From NCBI GenBank assembly GCA_002427755.1, contig DIYO01000007.1, forward strand, positions 6,633-70,632: a DNA stretch of 64,000 nt, read 5' to 3'. The translations under genes and the position numbers were made by a program. This stretch comes from Roseivirga sp. UBA6052 (lineage in GTDB: Bacteria; Bacteroidota; Bacteroidia; Cytophagales; Cyclobacteriaceae). Positions 39,303 through 48,456 of this stretch are shown here, in pieces. The first letter of the stretch is position 1. Every line of letters begins with the position of its first letter. A model generated the notes under the pieces. That model made no database searches and was not told where the DNA came from. It saw nothing but the letters and a program-made list of their open reading frames with translations.

Positions 39303-40133
39303 ATGTTTTCTTTCCTCAAAGAAGTAGTTAATCACTTCTTACAGAGCAACACATTTCAAAAAGGTGCTGCCTTGGCTTACTACTCTGTCTTTTCCTTTAT
39401 ACCTATAATGGTCATCCTCGTTTCGGTAGCAGAACTCGCTTTCCATGATCTTGCCGTAGATGGCGAAATTGTGAAGGGCTTAAGTGATAATATTGGTCCA
39501 CAAGCTGCCAACCAAATAGAGACAATAATTAAAAATCAACATACTTATCATGACAGCATCACTACGTCAATTTTAGGATTTATAACACTGCTGCTTGGTG
39601 CCTCAGGAATGTTCGCACAGATACATAATGCTTTCAACGCCATCTGGGAAGTTGAACCGAAAAAACAGAATGGACTGATTAAATATCTCTACAAGCGTTT
39701 ATCTGCATTGAGTGTACTTACCATTTTATTCATAATAATTGTGTTGAGTGTAACCATCCAAAGCTTTCTAATTCATCATGCCGATAGTCTTTCAAAGGCT
39801 TCAATTCAATGGATATGGGTAGAACATATTTTTTCATTTCTAGCATTGGCCATAGTATTCAGTGCCATGTTTAAGTTCTTGAGTGACGCAAAAATAAGTT
39901 GGAAGACGGCCTTAATTGGCGGATGCTTTACTGCCATATTATTCGCATTTGGAAAGATTTTGATTAGCCATCATATAGCAAACAGCAGTTCTTCCTCCGC
40001 TTACGGTGCGGCAAGTGTTCTTGTGGTAATCATGCTTTGGGTCTATTATACTTCTCAAATCATCTTTCTAGGTGCTTCTGTAATAGGATCATTGAGAAAA
40101 GATGAGAGGAGTATTGATCAAGTGGAAGATTAA
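39303..40133 (+). CDS. YihY/BrkB family membrane protein
   Basis: AALAYYSVFS, FNAIW, YGAASVLVVIMLWVYYTSQIIFLGA. Confidence 0.9.
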   Translation: MFSFLKEVVNHFLQSNTFQKGAALAYYSVFSFIPIMVILVSVAELAFHDLAVDGEIVKGLSDNIGPQAANQIETIIKNQHTYHDSITTSILGFITLLLGASGMFAQIHNAFNAIWEVEPKKQNGLIKYLYKRLSALSVLTILFIIIVLSVTIQSFLIHHADSLSKASIQWIWVEHIFSFLALAIVFSAMFKFLSDAKISWKTALIGGCFTAILFAFGKILISHHIANSSSSSAYGAASVLVVIMLWVYYTSQIIFLGASVIGSLRKDERSIDQVED

Positions 40134-40247
40134 AATGCAAGAGCAAACGATCAGGAAAAGGCTACAAGCTACAAGGATTTGGCTACATAGGTTGAATCGC
40201 TTCTTTATTCCTTTGCATACATAGAAACTAATAAAACAGATAATAAA

Positions 40248-41117
40248 ATGACAAAAGTTTTAATCACAGGAGCAAATGGAGGTTTCGGTTCATTAACTGT
40301 AAAAACTCTATTAGAAAAAGGTCACCATGTTGTTGGCACAATGCGTAACCCAGAAGGTAAGAACAAAGAAGCAGCAGAAGAACTGTCAAATGCAGGAGCA
40401 CATATCATTGACTTAGACGTAACAAGTGATGAAAGCGTGAATTTGGGTGTTGCCAAAGCGATTGAGTTACTAGGCGGACTAGATGTTGTGATCAATAATG
40501 CTGGTGTAGGTGTTTTGGGCCTGCAAGAGCAATTCACAACAGAGGACTTCCAAAGATTATTTGATGTAAATGTATTTGGAGTACAACGAGTAAACCGAGC
40601 AGCATTACCACATTTGAGAACTCAAGGATCAGGCCTACTAATTCATGTTTCAAGCCTATTGGGTAGAATGGTATTTCCGTTTTACGGCCCATACAATGCA
40701 TCTAAATGGGCAGTTGAAGCCTTGGCGGAAAACTACAGAATTGAATTAAGCGGATTTGGAGTCGACTCCTGTCTCGTTGAACCAGGTGGCTATCCCACAG
40801 GATTCTTTGGTAATTTGATGAAGCCTTCAGATAATTCTACCAATGCCGAATATGGAGAAATGATCCATGCGCCTCAAGCAGCTTTTGAAAGCTTTGAAGG
40901 AGCCTTAGCCCAAAATCCTATACAAGATCCTCAGAATGTAGCTGACGCCATTGCCAACCTAATTGATACGCCTGCAGGTTCCCGCCCTATGAGAACAACT
41001 GTGGACAATATCGGAATGGGAGATCATATTGCGCCTTATAATGAGCAATTGGCTGGTATACACGAAGGGCTGTTCAATGCTTTTGGTATGGGAGACATGC
41101 TGAAACTTAAGGTTTAA
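40248..41117 (+). CDS. Short-chain dehydrogenase/reductase
   Basis: TGANGGFG, NNAG, YNASK (YxxxK), VEPG. Confidence 0.92.
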   Translation: MTKVLITGANGGFGSLTVKTLLEKGHHVVGTMRNPEGKNKEAAEELSNAGAHIIDLDVTSDESVNLGVAKAIELLGGLDVVINNAGVGVLGLQEQFTTEDFQRLFDVNVFGVQRVNRAALPHLRTQGSGLLIHVSSLLGRMVFPFYGPYNASKWAVEALAENYRIELSGFGVDSCLVEPGGYPTGFFGNLMKPSDNSTNAEYGEMIHAPQAAFESFEGALAQNPIQDPQNVADAIANLIDTPAGSRPMRTTVDNIGMGDHIAPYNEQLAGIHEGLFNAFGMGDMLKLKV

Positions 41118-41137
41118 AGTTTACCCAATGAATTGTT

Positions 41138-41223
41138 TACGTCATTCTGAACTTAGTTCAGAACCTTATTTTAAGGTTCTATAAACTCAGATTCAAATCC
41201 TGAAAGAAGCTCAGGATGACGTA
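41138..41223. repeat. Inverted dimer of CGTC-tagged REP-like palindromes
   Basis: TACGTC-ATTCTGAAC-TTA-GTTCAGAAC ... ATCCTGAAAGAAGCTCAGGAT-GACGTA, with an internal perfect hairpin AGAACCTTA-TTT-TAAGGTTCT. Confidence 0.7.
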
Positions 41224-41256
41224 CTTTTTTACTCTCCAACTTCTTAACTTACAGAT

Positions 41257-42183
41257 ATGTCTAATTCAGAAATAAGACGCTTAGAGAAAATAAGTGACCT
41301 ACACCGATGGAACGAACTTCCACCACCTGAGCATCCATTAATCAGTTTAGTGGATTACAAAGACATTAAGAATTCTTCTCCAACAAACGAGTTCACCTGG
41401 ATTCAATCATACTACACTATTTCTTTAAAGAGAAACGTGGTAGGTAAATTCCGCTACGGACAACAATCATATGACTTTGATGAGGGTGTAATGACATTCT
41501 TTGCTCCTGATCAAGTTATTCATGTGGAGTTATTAGATTCCGATAATACCACTCACCCACCCTCAGGTTGGATTCTAGCCATTCATCCCGACTTTTTCTT
41601 TGGAAGCAATTTGGCCAAAGACGTTAAGAAGTATCCATTCTTTAAATATTCGGTAAAAGAAGCCCTGTTCTTGTCAGAAAAAGAAGAGAATAAAGTACTA
41701 GATATTTTCAACAACATAAGAGCTGAATATCAGGCCAATATGGACCAATTCAGTCAGCAGATAATCATCAATCAACTTGAATTACTACTGAGCTACTCCG
41801 AACGATTCTATCAAAGACAGTTCCTAACCCGGAAAAAATCAAATCATGAATTACTAGATAAACTAGAAGACTGTTTAGATGCCTATTTTGCAAATGAAGA
41901 TTTTATCAACAATGGTCTCCCCTCAGTTCAGGAAATTGCAGAAGAACTAACCGTTACACCTGACTATTTAAGCAGTATGCTAAAAAGTTTAACCGGACAA
42001 ACTACGCAGCAGCATATTCACCATAGAGTCATCGAAATGGCAAAAGTCAAACTATCAGTCTCAAATGACTCGGTTAGTCAGATTGCCTATAGTCTAGGAT
42101 TTGAACACCCTCAATCCTTTAGTAAATTCTTTAAGTCTAAAACTAAACAGACACCATTGGAGTATCGACTTTCGTTCAATTAA
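41257..42183 (+). CDS. AraC family transcriptional regulator
   Basis: YGQQSYDFDEG sensor region; C-terminal HTHs (PSVQEIA..L.VTPDYLS, QIAYSLGFEHPQSFSKFFK). Confidence 0.93.
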   Translation: MSNSEIRRLEKISDLHRWNELPPPEHPLISLVDYKDIKNSSPTNEFTWIQSYYTISLKRNVVGKFRYGQQSYDFDEGVMTFFAPDQVIHVELLDSDNTTHPPSGWILAIHPDFFFGSNLAKDVKKYPFFKYSVKEALFLSEKEENKVLDIFNNIRAEYQANMDQFSQQIIINQLELLLSYSERFYQRQFLTRKKSNHELLDKLEDCLDAYFANEDFINNGLPSVQEIAEELTVTPDYLSSMLKSLTGQTTQQHIHHRVIEMAKVKLSVSNDSVSQIAYSLGFEHPQSFSKFFKSKTKQTPLEYRLSFN

Positions 42184-42261
42184 ACCGATTGATTCGAGTA
42201 CTTTTGGTCAGAATAAGACCTACTTTTCTTATCTTATTCATGTATAAAATGATTTTTTAAG

Positions 42262-42630
42262 ATGAAGAACGCTTTAAACTGGTTCGAAATACCGGTAACT
42301 GACTTTGATAGAGCCAAAACTTTTTACGAGCAGGTACTAGACTGCACAATGGAAACCAATGAAATGGAAGGTATAAAAATGGCTTTCTTTCCTGCTGATT
42401 GGGAGAATGGAATCGGTGGAGGCATTTCTAAGGCCGAAGGACATGAACCTTCTGATCAAGGAACACTAGTATACCTTAATGGTGGTGATGATTTAAGTGT
42501 ACCGTTAGGTCGGGTTGAAGCAGCAGGCGGCAAAGTAATTATGCCAAAGACAGACATTGGACCAAATGGTTTTATGGGCATGTTCATGGATACAGAAGGA
42601 AATAAAGTGGCTTTTCATTCGGACAAATAG
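42262..42630 (+). CDS. VOC/glyoxalase family protein
   Basis: NWFEIPV.D..RA..FY, VEAAGGKV, FMDTEGN. Confidence 0.9.
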   Translation: MKNALNWFEIPVTDFDRAKTFYEQVLDCTMETNEMEGIKMAFFPADWENGIGGGISKAEGHEPSDQGTLVYLNGGDDLSVPLGRVEAAGGKVIMPKTDIGPNGFMGMFMDTEGNKVAFHSDK

Positions 42631-42696
42631 TGAGGTTCAGGAGAAAGCCCAGATAATTACCAAGTAGAATAAACAGCAATACTGAAATAAACACAT

Positions 42697-43737
42697 ATGA
42701 AAAAGATCAGAATATTATCAATCGATGGCGGTGGAATCCGTGGGATACTTCCAGGGATTGTACTTACCAGAATAGAGCAAAAACTTCAAGAGAAGTCCGG
42801 TGACCCCAACACAAGACTGGCCGATATGTTCGACTTTATGGCGGGCACAAGTACGGGTGGAATTCTGAGTTTGGCCTACTTAACCCCCAATGAAGACAAT
42901 CGCCCAAAGCTCAAGGCTTCGGAGGCTGTAGATATCTACTTAGATAGAGGAGATGAGATTTTTGATGTAAGCTTTTGGCAGAAAGTAAGAAGTGGAGCAG
43001 GCTTGGCTGATGAGAAATATGATGCTTCTGAGCTAGAAGAAGCCTTGGATGACACTTTCGGAGATTTGATGCTTTCCGACTTAATCAAGCCATGTGTCAT
43101 AAGTTCTTATGATATTCGAAATGGTAAACCCCACTTCTTCAAACAGCATAAGTCAGTAAAAAACGAGATTTATAATTTTAAAGTGAAAGATGTAGCTAGA
43201 GCGACCTCTGCTGCTCCGACCTATTTTGAAACAGCTAGAATCAAAAACGATATAGGCACTCCTTATCCATTAATTGACGGAGGCGTATTCGTTAATAACC
43301 CAGCGTTAGTGGCTTACTCTGAAGCTCGAAAAATGAGTAATCCAAATTCAGAAAATGGTGAACTAGCGACAGCAAAAGACATGATGATAGTTTCAATTGG
43401 GACAGGGAGCGTGAGTAAAAAATATGAGTACAAAAAAGCCAAAGACTGGGGAGCGATTGGTTGGATTAAGCCTGTTATCGAAATCATGATGTCAGGAAAT
43501 TCTCAAACTGTCGATTACCACTTAGGCCATATATACAGTTCTTTGGAAGATGGTCATAATAAAGATTATCATAGGTTAGAACCCAAAGTTGTTACAGCTG
43601 ACTCCGAAATGGATAATGCTTCAGTGGAAAACTTAACGAAGCTAAAAGAAGATGCTTTGAGCTATGTTTCTAAAACCGAAGTAGAAGAAGAATTAGATTT
43701 AATCGCTCAAAAACTAATCGATTACGGAACAGCCTAG
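42697..43737 (+). CDS. Patatin-like phospholipase
   Basis: DGGGIRG, GTSTG, ATSAAPTYF, DGG. Confidence 0.93.
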   Translation: MKKIRILSIDGGGIRGILPGIVLTRIEQKLQEKSGDPNTRLADMFDFMAGTSTGGILSLAYLTPNEDNRPKLKASEAVDIYLDRGDEIFDVSFWQKVRSGAGLADEKYDASELEEALDDTFGDLMLSDLIKPCVISSYDIRNGKPHFFKQHKSVKNEIYNFKVKDVARATSAAPTYFETARIKNDIGTPYPLIDGGVFVNNPALVAYSEARKMSNPNSENGELATAKDMMIVSIGTGSVSKKYEYKKAKDWGAIGWIKPVIEIMMSGNSQTVDYHLGHIYSSLEDGHNKDYHRLEPKVVTADSEMDNASVENLTKLKEDALSYVSKTEVEEELDLIAQKLIDYGTA

Positions 43738-43761
43738 CATTCATTATAACTTAAGACATCA

Positions 43762-43974
43762 ATGAAAAACCTAATCAAATTCCGTACAGATTCGGCCATC
43801 AATATCGATCGAATAGCCGGAATACTTGATGAAAATGGTATTCCTAGCATGATCAAAGATCAAAATGCCGCGGGTAATATTGCGGGATTTGGCACCATAG
43901 ACAATTCAGTTGAAATCTTTATTGAAAAAGAGCATTTGCAAGAAGCCAGAAGGATTATTGATAACGTAAGTTAG
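43762..43974 (+). CDS. DUF2007-like small putative signalling protein
   Basis: AGILDENGIPSMIKDQ...VEIFIEKEHLQEARRII pattern. Confidence 0.7.
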   Translation: MKNLIKFRTDSAINIDRIAGILDENGIPSMIKDQNAAGNIAGFGTIDNSVEIFIEKEHLQEARRIIDNVS

Positions 43975-44081
43975 TAACATGGCTATCTAATTCTTCTGGT
44001 CACTACAAGTTTCCGCTGGTAAAAAACAAAGAGATTCCTTACCTCTTCTTTCTAATTTTGCGCTGTTAACAAAATCATATC

Positions 44082-45779
44082 ATGAAGAAGCTATTGGCAT
44101 CTCTATTAATACTCGTTCTCGCTATATCTACACAAGCACAAGACAGATTAACCGGACAAACATTTACCACCCGTTCTGAGGTTTTAGGCAAAAACGGAAT
44201 GGCTGCAACAAGCCAACCTTTAGCTACCCAAGCAGCCTTAAGAATTTTGCAACAAGGTGGTTCTGCCATGGACGCTGCTATTGCAGCAAATGCAGTTTTG
44301 GGTTTAGTAGAGCCAGCGAGCTGCGGAATTGGCGGTGACATCTTTGCGATTGTTTGGGATGCAAAAACAGAAAAGCTTTATGGATTTAATGGAAGTGGCA
44401 GATCTCCTAAATCACTGGATATAGACTATTTCATAGACAAAGGAATGAAGCAAATTCCACTCTTTGGTCCACTGGCAGTTTCAACTCCAGGCACAGTAGA
44501 TGGCTGGTTTATGATGCATGAGAAGTTTGGAAAACTACCAATGACCGATATTCTTGCTCCTGCGATTGAGTATGGTAGAGAAGGGTTTCCTGTATCAGAA
44601 GTGATCGCCTATGAAATGGCTACGAACTACCAGAACAAAATTGATTTTCCGGGATTTGCCGAAACGTATATGCCAAACGGGCGTCCTCCATTAAAAGGTG
44701 AAGTTTTTGTAAATGCAGACCTCGCCAACTCCTATGATAAAATTGCAAAAGAAGGGCGTGATGCGTTCTATAAAGGCGACATTGCTCGTACAATAGACTC
44801 ATATATGAAGCAGCACGGAGGCTTCCTTTCCTATGACGATTTAGCTTCTCATTCTGGAGAATGGGTTGAACCATTAAGCACAAATTATCGTGGATATGAC
44901 GTTTGGGAGCTACCTCCTAATGGGCAAGGAACAGCCGCACTTCAAATGCTCAATATCTTAGAAGGCTATGACATCAAAAGCATGGGATTTGGAAGCCCGG
45001 AGTACCTGCATATTCTTACAGAAGCTAAAAAACTAGCTTATGAAGACCGTGCCAAATTCTATGCAGACCCATCTTTCAATAAACTGCCTATCGATGAGCT
45101 TCTATCAAAAGATTATGCAGCAGAACGAAGTAAACTCATTGATCCAGCTAATGCTGCGAACACCTACCCTGCCGGTGATTTAGAAATTGAAACTGGAAAC
45201 ACTACCTATCTCACGGTTGCTGATAAAGACGGGAATATGGTCTCGCTTATTCAAAGCATCTACTATGAGTTTGCTTCAGGAATGGTACCAGATGGTTTAG
45301 GTTTTGTACTTCAAAACCGAGGACAAATGTTCAATGTGCAAGATCGAGATCATGCCAATGCACTAGAGCCCGGTAAAAGACCATTTCACACTATTATTCC
45401 GGCCTTCATTACAAAAGATGGCAAACCATGGATAAGCTTTGGACTAATGGGTGGGGCTGTGCAACCGCAAGGCCATGCACAAATTGTTGTGAACCTAATA
45501 GATTTTGGGATGAACTTACAAGAAGCAGGTGATGCGCCTAGAATGCGACATGTAGGCAGTTCTCAACCCACAGGTTCGCGAATGACGAATGGAGGTACAC
45601 TGAATTTAGAGAGTGGATTCTCTTACGAGACTTTACGAGAGCTTCGTAAACTTGGACACAGACTAGGCACAGGTGTAGGAATCTACGGTGGCTACCAAGC
45701 TATTGGCGTTGACCTTGACAGAAAAGTCTATACGGGTGCTTCCGAATCAAGAAAAGACGGACAGGCAGCGGGTTATTGA
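44082..45779 (+). CDS. ggt: Gamma-glutamyltransferase
   Basis: GGSAMDAAIA, CGIGGD, N-T(nucleophile)-TYL, LQNRG, KRPFHT; signal peptide. Confidence 0.95.
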   Translation: MKKLLASLLILVLAISTQAQDRLTGQTFTTRSEVLGKNGMAATSQPLATQAALRILQQGGSAMDAAIAANAVLGLVEPASCGIGGDIFAIVWDAKTEKLYGFNGSGRSPKSLDIDYFIDKGMKQIPLFGPLAVSTPGTVDGWFMMHEKFGKLPMTDILAPAIEYGREGFPVSEVIAYEMATNYQNKIDFPGFAETYMPNGRPPLKGEVFVNADLANSYDKIAKEGRDAFYKGDIARTIDSYMKQHGGFLSYDDLASHSGEWVEPLSTNYRGYDVWELPPNGQGTAALQMLNILEGYDIKSMGFGSPEYLHILTEAKKLAYEDRAKFYADPSFNKLPIDELLSKDYAAERSKLIDPANAANTYPAGDLEIETGNTTYLTVADKDGNMVSLIQSIYYEFASGMVPDGLGFVLQNRGQMFNVQDRDHANALEPGKRPFHTIIPAFITKDGKPWISFGLMGGAVQPQGHAQIVVNLIDFGMNLQEAGDAPRMRHVGSSQPTGSRMTNGGTLNLESGFSYETLRELRKLGHRLGTGVGIYGGYQAIGVDLDRKVYTGASESRKDGQAAGY

Positions 45780-45977
45780 TTGATTCGAAAGAAAAATTCT
45801 GAATTAATTTTATTTGAACCGTTTCGCTTATTTAAAAGCTGTATAAAGAGCATCGATGAATACGTAGTATGGCTCTAAAAGTGAGCTTTTTACCTAATCA
45901 ACCGCTATTTCTGTCAGAATTCAATAACGGCTGCACAGCATTGACGTTTCACAGAACACAATCAAATTGTGATTACT

Positions 45978-46598
45978 ATGAGACTATTAGTCTTTCTTTT
46001 ATTCAGTGTGAGCTTATTACACTGTAATGGGCAAAACATAAAAGAAAGAGAAGTTGGTGGGCCGTGTGAGGATTGCCAGGCCGCTCTAGACTTTAACACA
46101 TTAGATTTTGAACTTAAGTCTACAATAACCATAGAGGGATATAAAGTTAATGATCCAAAAATCAGAGTGAGTGGAACGGTATATCAAGTTGATGGCAAAA
46201 CTCCTGCCCCTAACGTGATTCTTTACATCTATCATACCAATCGGGAAGGCATCTACCAACAGAGTGACACTCCGAAAGGATGGGAACGAAGACATGGCTA
46301 TCATAGAGGTTGGATCAAAACAGATGAAAATGGCAACTATGAATTCTTCACTTTTAGACCAGCAGCCTATCCAAACGGAAGAGAATCAGAACATATTCAT
46401 ATCTATATCAAAGAGGAAGGCAAAGTCCCCTATTACATAGATAGCTTCGTTTTTTTGGATGATCCTTTACTCACTCAAAAAAAAATGGCAAAATTTAGTA
46501 ATAGAGGTGGATCAGGAATTGTCTCTTTTCAGCTAAAAAATGGTCATCTTACAGCAAAACGGGACATAATTCTAGGTATGAATATCCCCGATTATTGA
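45978..46598 (+). CDS. Exported intradiol ring-cleavage dioxygenase-like protein
   Basis: Signal peptide; YHTNREGIY, RGWIKTDENGNYEF.T.RPAAY, HIH. Confidence 0.8.
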   Translation: MRLLVFLLFSVSLLHCNGQNIKEREVGGPCEDCQAALDFNTLDFELKSTITIEGYKVNDPKIRVSGTVYQVDGKTPAPNVILYIYHTNREGIYQQSDTPKGWERRHGYHRGWIKTDENGNYEFFTFRPAAYPNGRESEHIHIYIKEEGKVPYYIDSFVFLDDPLLTQKKMAKFSNRGGSGIVSFQLKNGHLTAKRDIILGMNIPDY

Positions 46599-46600
46599 CC

Positions 46601-48268
46601 TCAATTTTTTGCACTGAACAAAGGAGGCTGTCTTAAATGAAAGTCTGAAGCTTCTTGAAAAGCTTTAGCCATAGACAATATAGCACCTTCATCGTATAAA
46701 TTACCCAGTAGAGTAAAACTGGTAGGTCTACCCTTTTTATCAAAGCCATTGGGGACACTGATTGCCGGGTGTCCCGTAAGGTTAGTTACATACAATTGTC
46801 TTCCACCAAAAGAAGGCGCAATAATTACATCATAATCTTTAAATAATTGATTGACCTCTTCAATCAACCTTCTTCTTTGACGGTTAGCTTGAATATATTC
46901 GACCGCAGGGATAAAGCGACTCTGCCTCAAAGAGTTAGCTCTTGAACCTTTGGTTTGTTCTACCATAATATCAACAGCACCTGTTGTTACCAGTTCATCA
47001 AAAAATGCTCCTGCCTCTGCCCTAAGAATAATATCAAATACAGCATATGGATAATCTGCAGGTAGCTCAATGGGTGTTGGATCTACACCTAACTGTTCGA
47101 AGGTTTGTAAGGCTTTTATCATATTTAATCCTCTTGAAGAAGTAGTATCTCGTTCAATATCCTTTTTTAAATAGGCTACTTTCAAATCGCTAAGATTGCG
47201 ATCAATCCCGGAGAACTCTGCTCTGTTCGTACTTGGGTCTTTTGAATCATACCCGTAAATCGCATCAAATACGATCTGACAATCTTCCACTGATCTACAT
47301 AACGGTCCAATTTTATCCATCGACCAACTCAAACTCATTACTCCATGTCTACTTACTCTGCCGTAGGTAGGCCTCAAACCTACTACTCCATTTCTTGTGG
47401 CAGGCGATGTAATTGATCCTAAAGTCTCTGTTCCCAAAGAAAAGGCTACAAGACCTGCAGCGGTAGCTGATCCTGATCCGGCAGAGGAGCCACTAGCTCC
47501 TTGATTCAGATCCCATGGATTCTTAGTCTTCCCACCAAACCATACATCACCTCGTGCTAAAGCACCAGAAACTAGCTTAGCAATCAAAATAGCTCCCTTT
47601 TCGTTCAATCGCTCTACTACTGTCGCGGTGTAATCAAACACTTGATCTTTGTAAGGTGCGCTACCCCAAGTAGTGGGGTAACCCTCCACTGAAATTAAAT
47701 CCTTCACCCCATAAGGTATGCCGTGCAGAATTCCCTTGTATTTCCCTGCTGCTATCTCCTCATCTGCCTTTTTGGCTTGCGCGAAAGCTAATTCCTCTGT
47801 TATTGTGATCACACTGAGCAATTGACCATCATAACGTTTTATGCGGTTGATATACAATTCCGTTAGCTCAGTGGAGGTAATCTTTCTTGAACGAATTAGG
47901 GAAGCTAATTTTGGTATTGAATAAAAAGCTAATTCCTCTTTATTGTCGGGCATCTCAACATCAGCAGGTATCTTAAAGTCGTGCTGAACTCTTCCTAATT
48001 TAGGCTCATAACCCACTGGATGAGGATCAAAGGTTATGGCAGGAAATGTCTCATTACTTGTGGTAAACTTGCGCAATGAATCATATCCTCTTTTATTACG
48101 CTCTAAGTATTGATACAACGTATCTATCGCCTGCTCTCCAAATTCTAATCCGATCAACTTCTGTGCGCTAGCAATATCTTTTTTAGTGAATGCTGATTCT
48201 TGACTTTTACATCCGATTAGACTGAGTATAGAAAAAGTAAGTAGTAAGGTTAGAGATTTAGAAGACAT
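46601..48268 (-). CDS. Amidase signature family lipoprotein
   Basis: PYGVKD, GASGSSAGS, GTETLGSI; lipobox LIGC. Confidence 0.92.
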   Translation of the reverse strand: MSSKSLTLLLTFSILSLIGCKSQESAFTKKDIASAQKLIGLEFGEQAIDTLYQYLERNKRGYDSLRKFTTSNETFPAITFDPHPVGYEPKLGRVQHDFKIPADVEMPDNKEELAFYSIPKLASLIRSRKITSTELTELYINRIKRYDGQLLSVITITEELAFAQAKKADEEIAAGKYKGILHGIPYGVKDLISVEGYPTTWGSAPYKDQVFDYTATVVERLNEKGAILIAKLVSGALARGDVWFGGKTKNPWDLNQGASGSSAGSGSATAAGLVAFSLGTETLGSITSPATRNGVVGLRPTYGRVSRHGVMSLSWSMDKIGPLCRSVEDCQIVFDAIYGYDSKDPSTNRAEFSGIDRNLSDLKVAYLKKDIERDTTSSRGLNMIKALQTFEQLGVDPTPIELPADYPYAVFDIILRAEAGAFFDELVTTGAVDIMVEQTKGSRANSLRQSRFIPAVEYIQANRQRRRLIEEVNQLFKDYDVIIAPSFGGRQLYVTNLTGHPAISVPNGFDKKGRPTSFTLLGNLYDEGAILSMAKAFQEASDFHLRQPPLFSAKN

Positions 48269-48456
48269 TAAAATGTTGGTCAGAGGTTATAATCCTCAAT
48301 CTGAATATTTTATTATAAAGAGCAAACTAAAAATTAGTCCTTGCTATGAAGTCTAGTACCGTAAGGCTAAAAAGTACGATCATTTTATCTTTCTCGAATA
48401 GTAGATCAAAATGAAAAGCCCTAATTTGATTAAGAGACAGATGACCAGCGTGAGCA

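Noticed and set aside
42199-42227. TACTTTT direct repeat (22 bp apart) before the VOC gene as an AraC site
   Set aside because: The first copy is also a plain TAnnTTTG -7 promoter box and the sequence is low complexity.
42697-43737. Patatin as a CBASS CapV-type effector
   Set aside because: No CD-NTase, Cap2/Cap3 or other defence gene nearby; the neighbours are VOC, DUF2007 and ggt.
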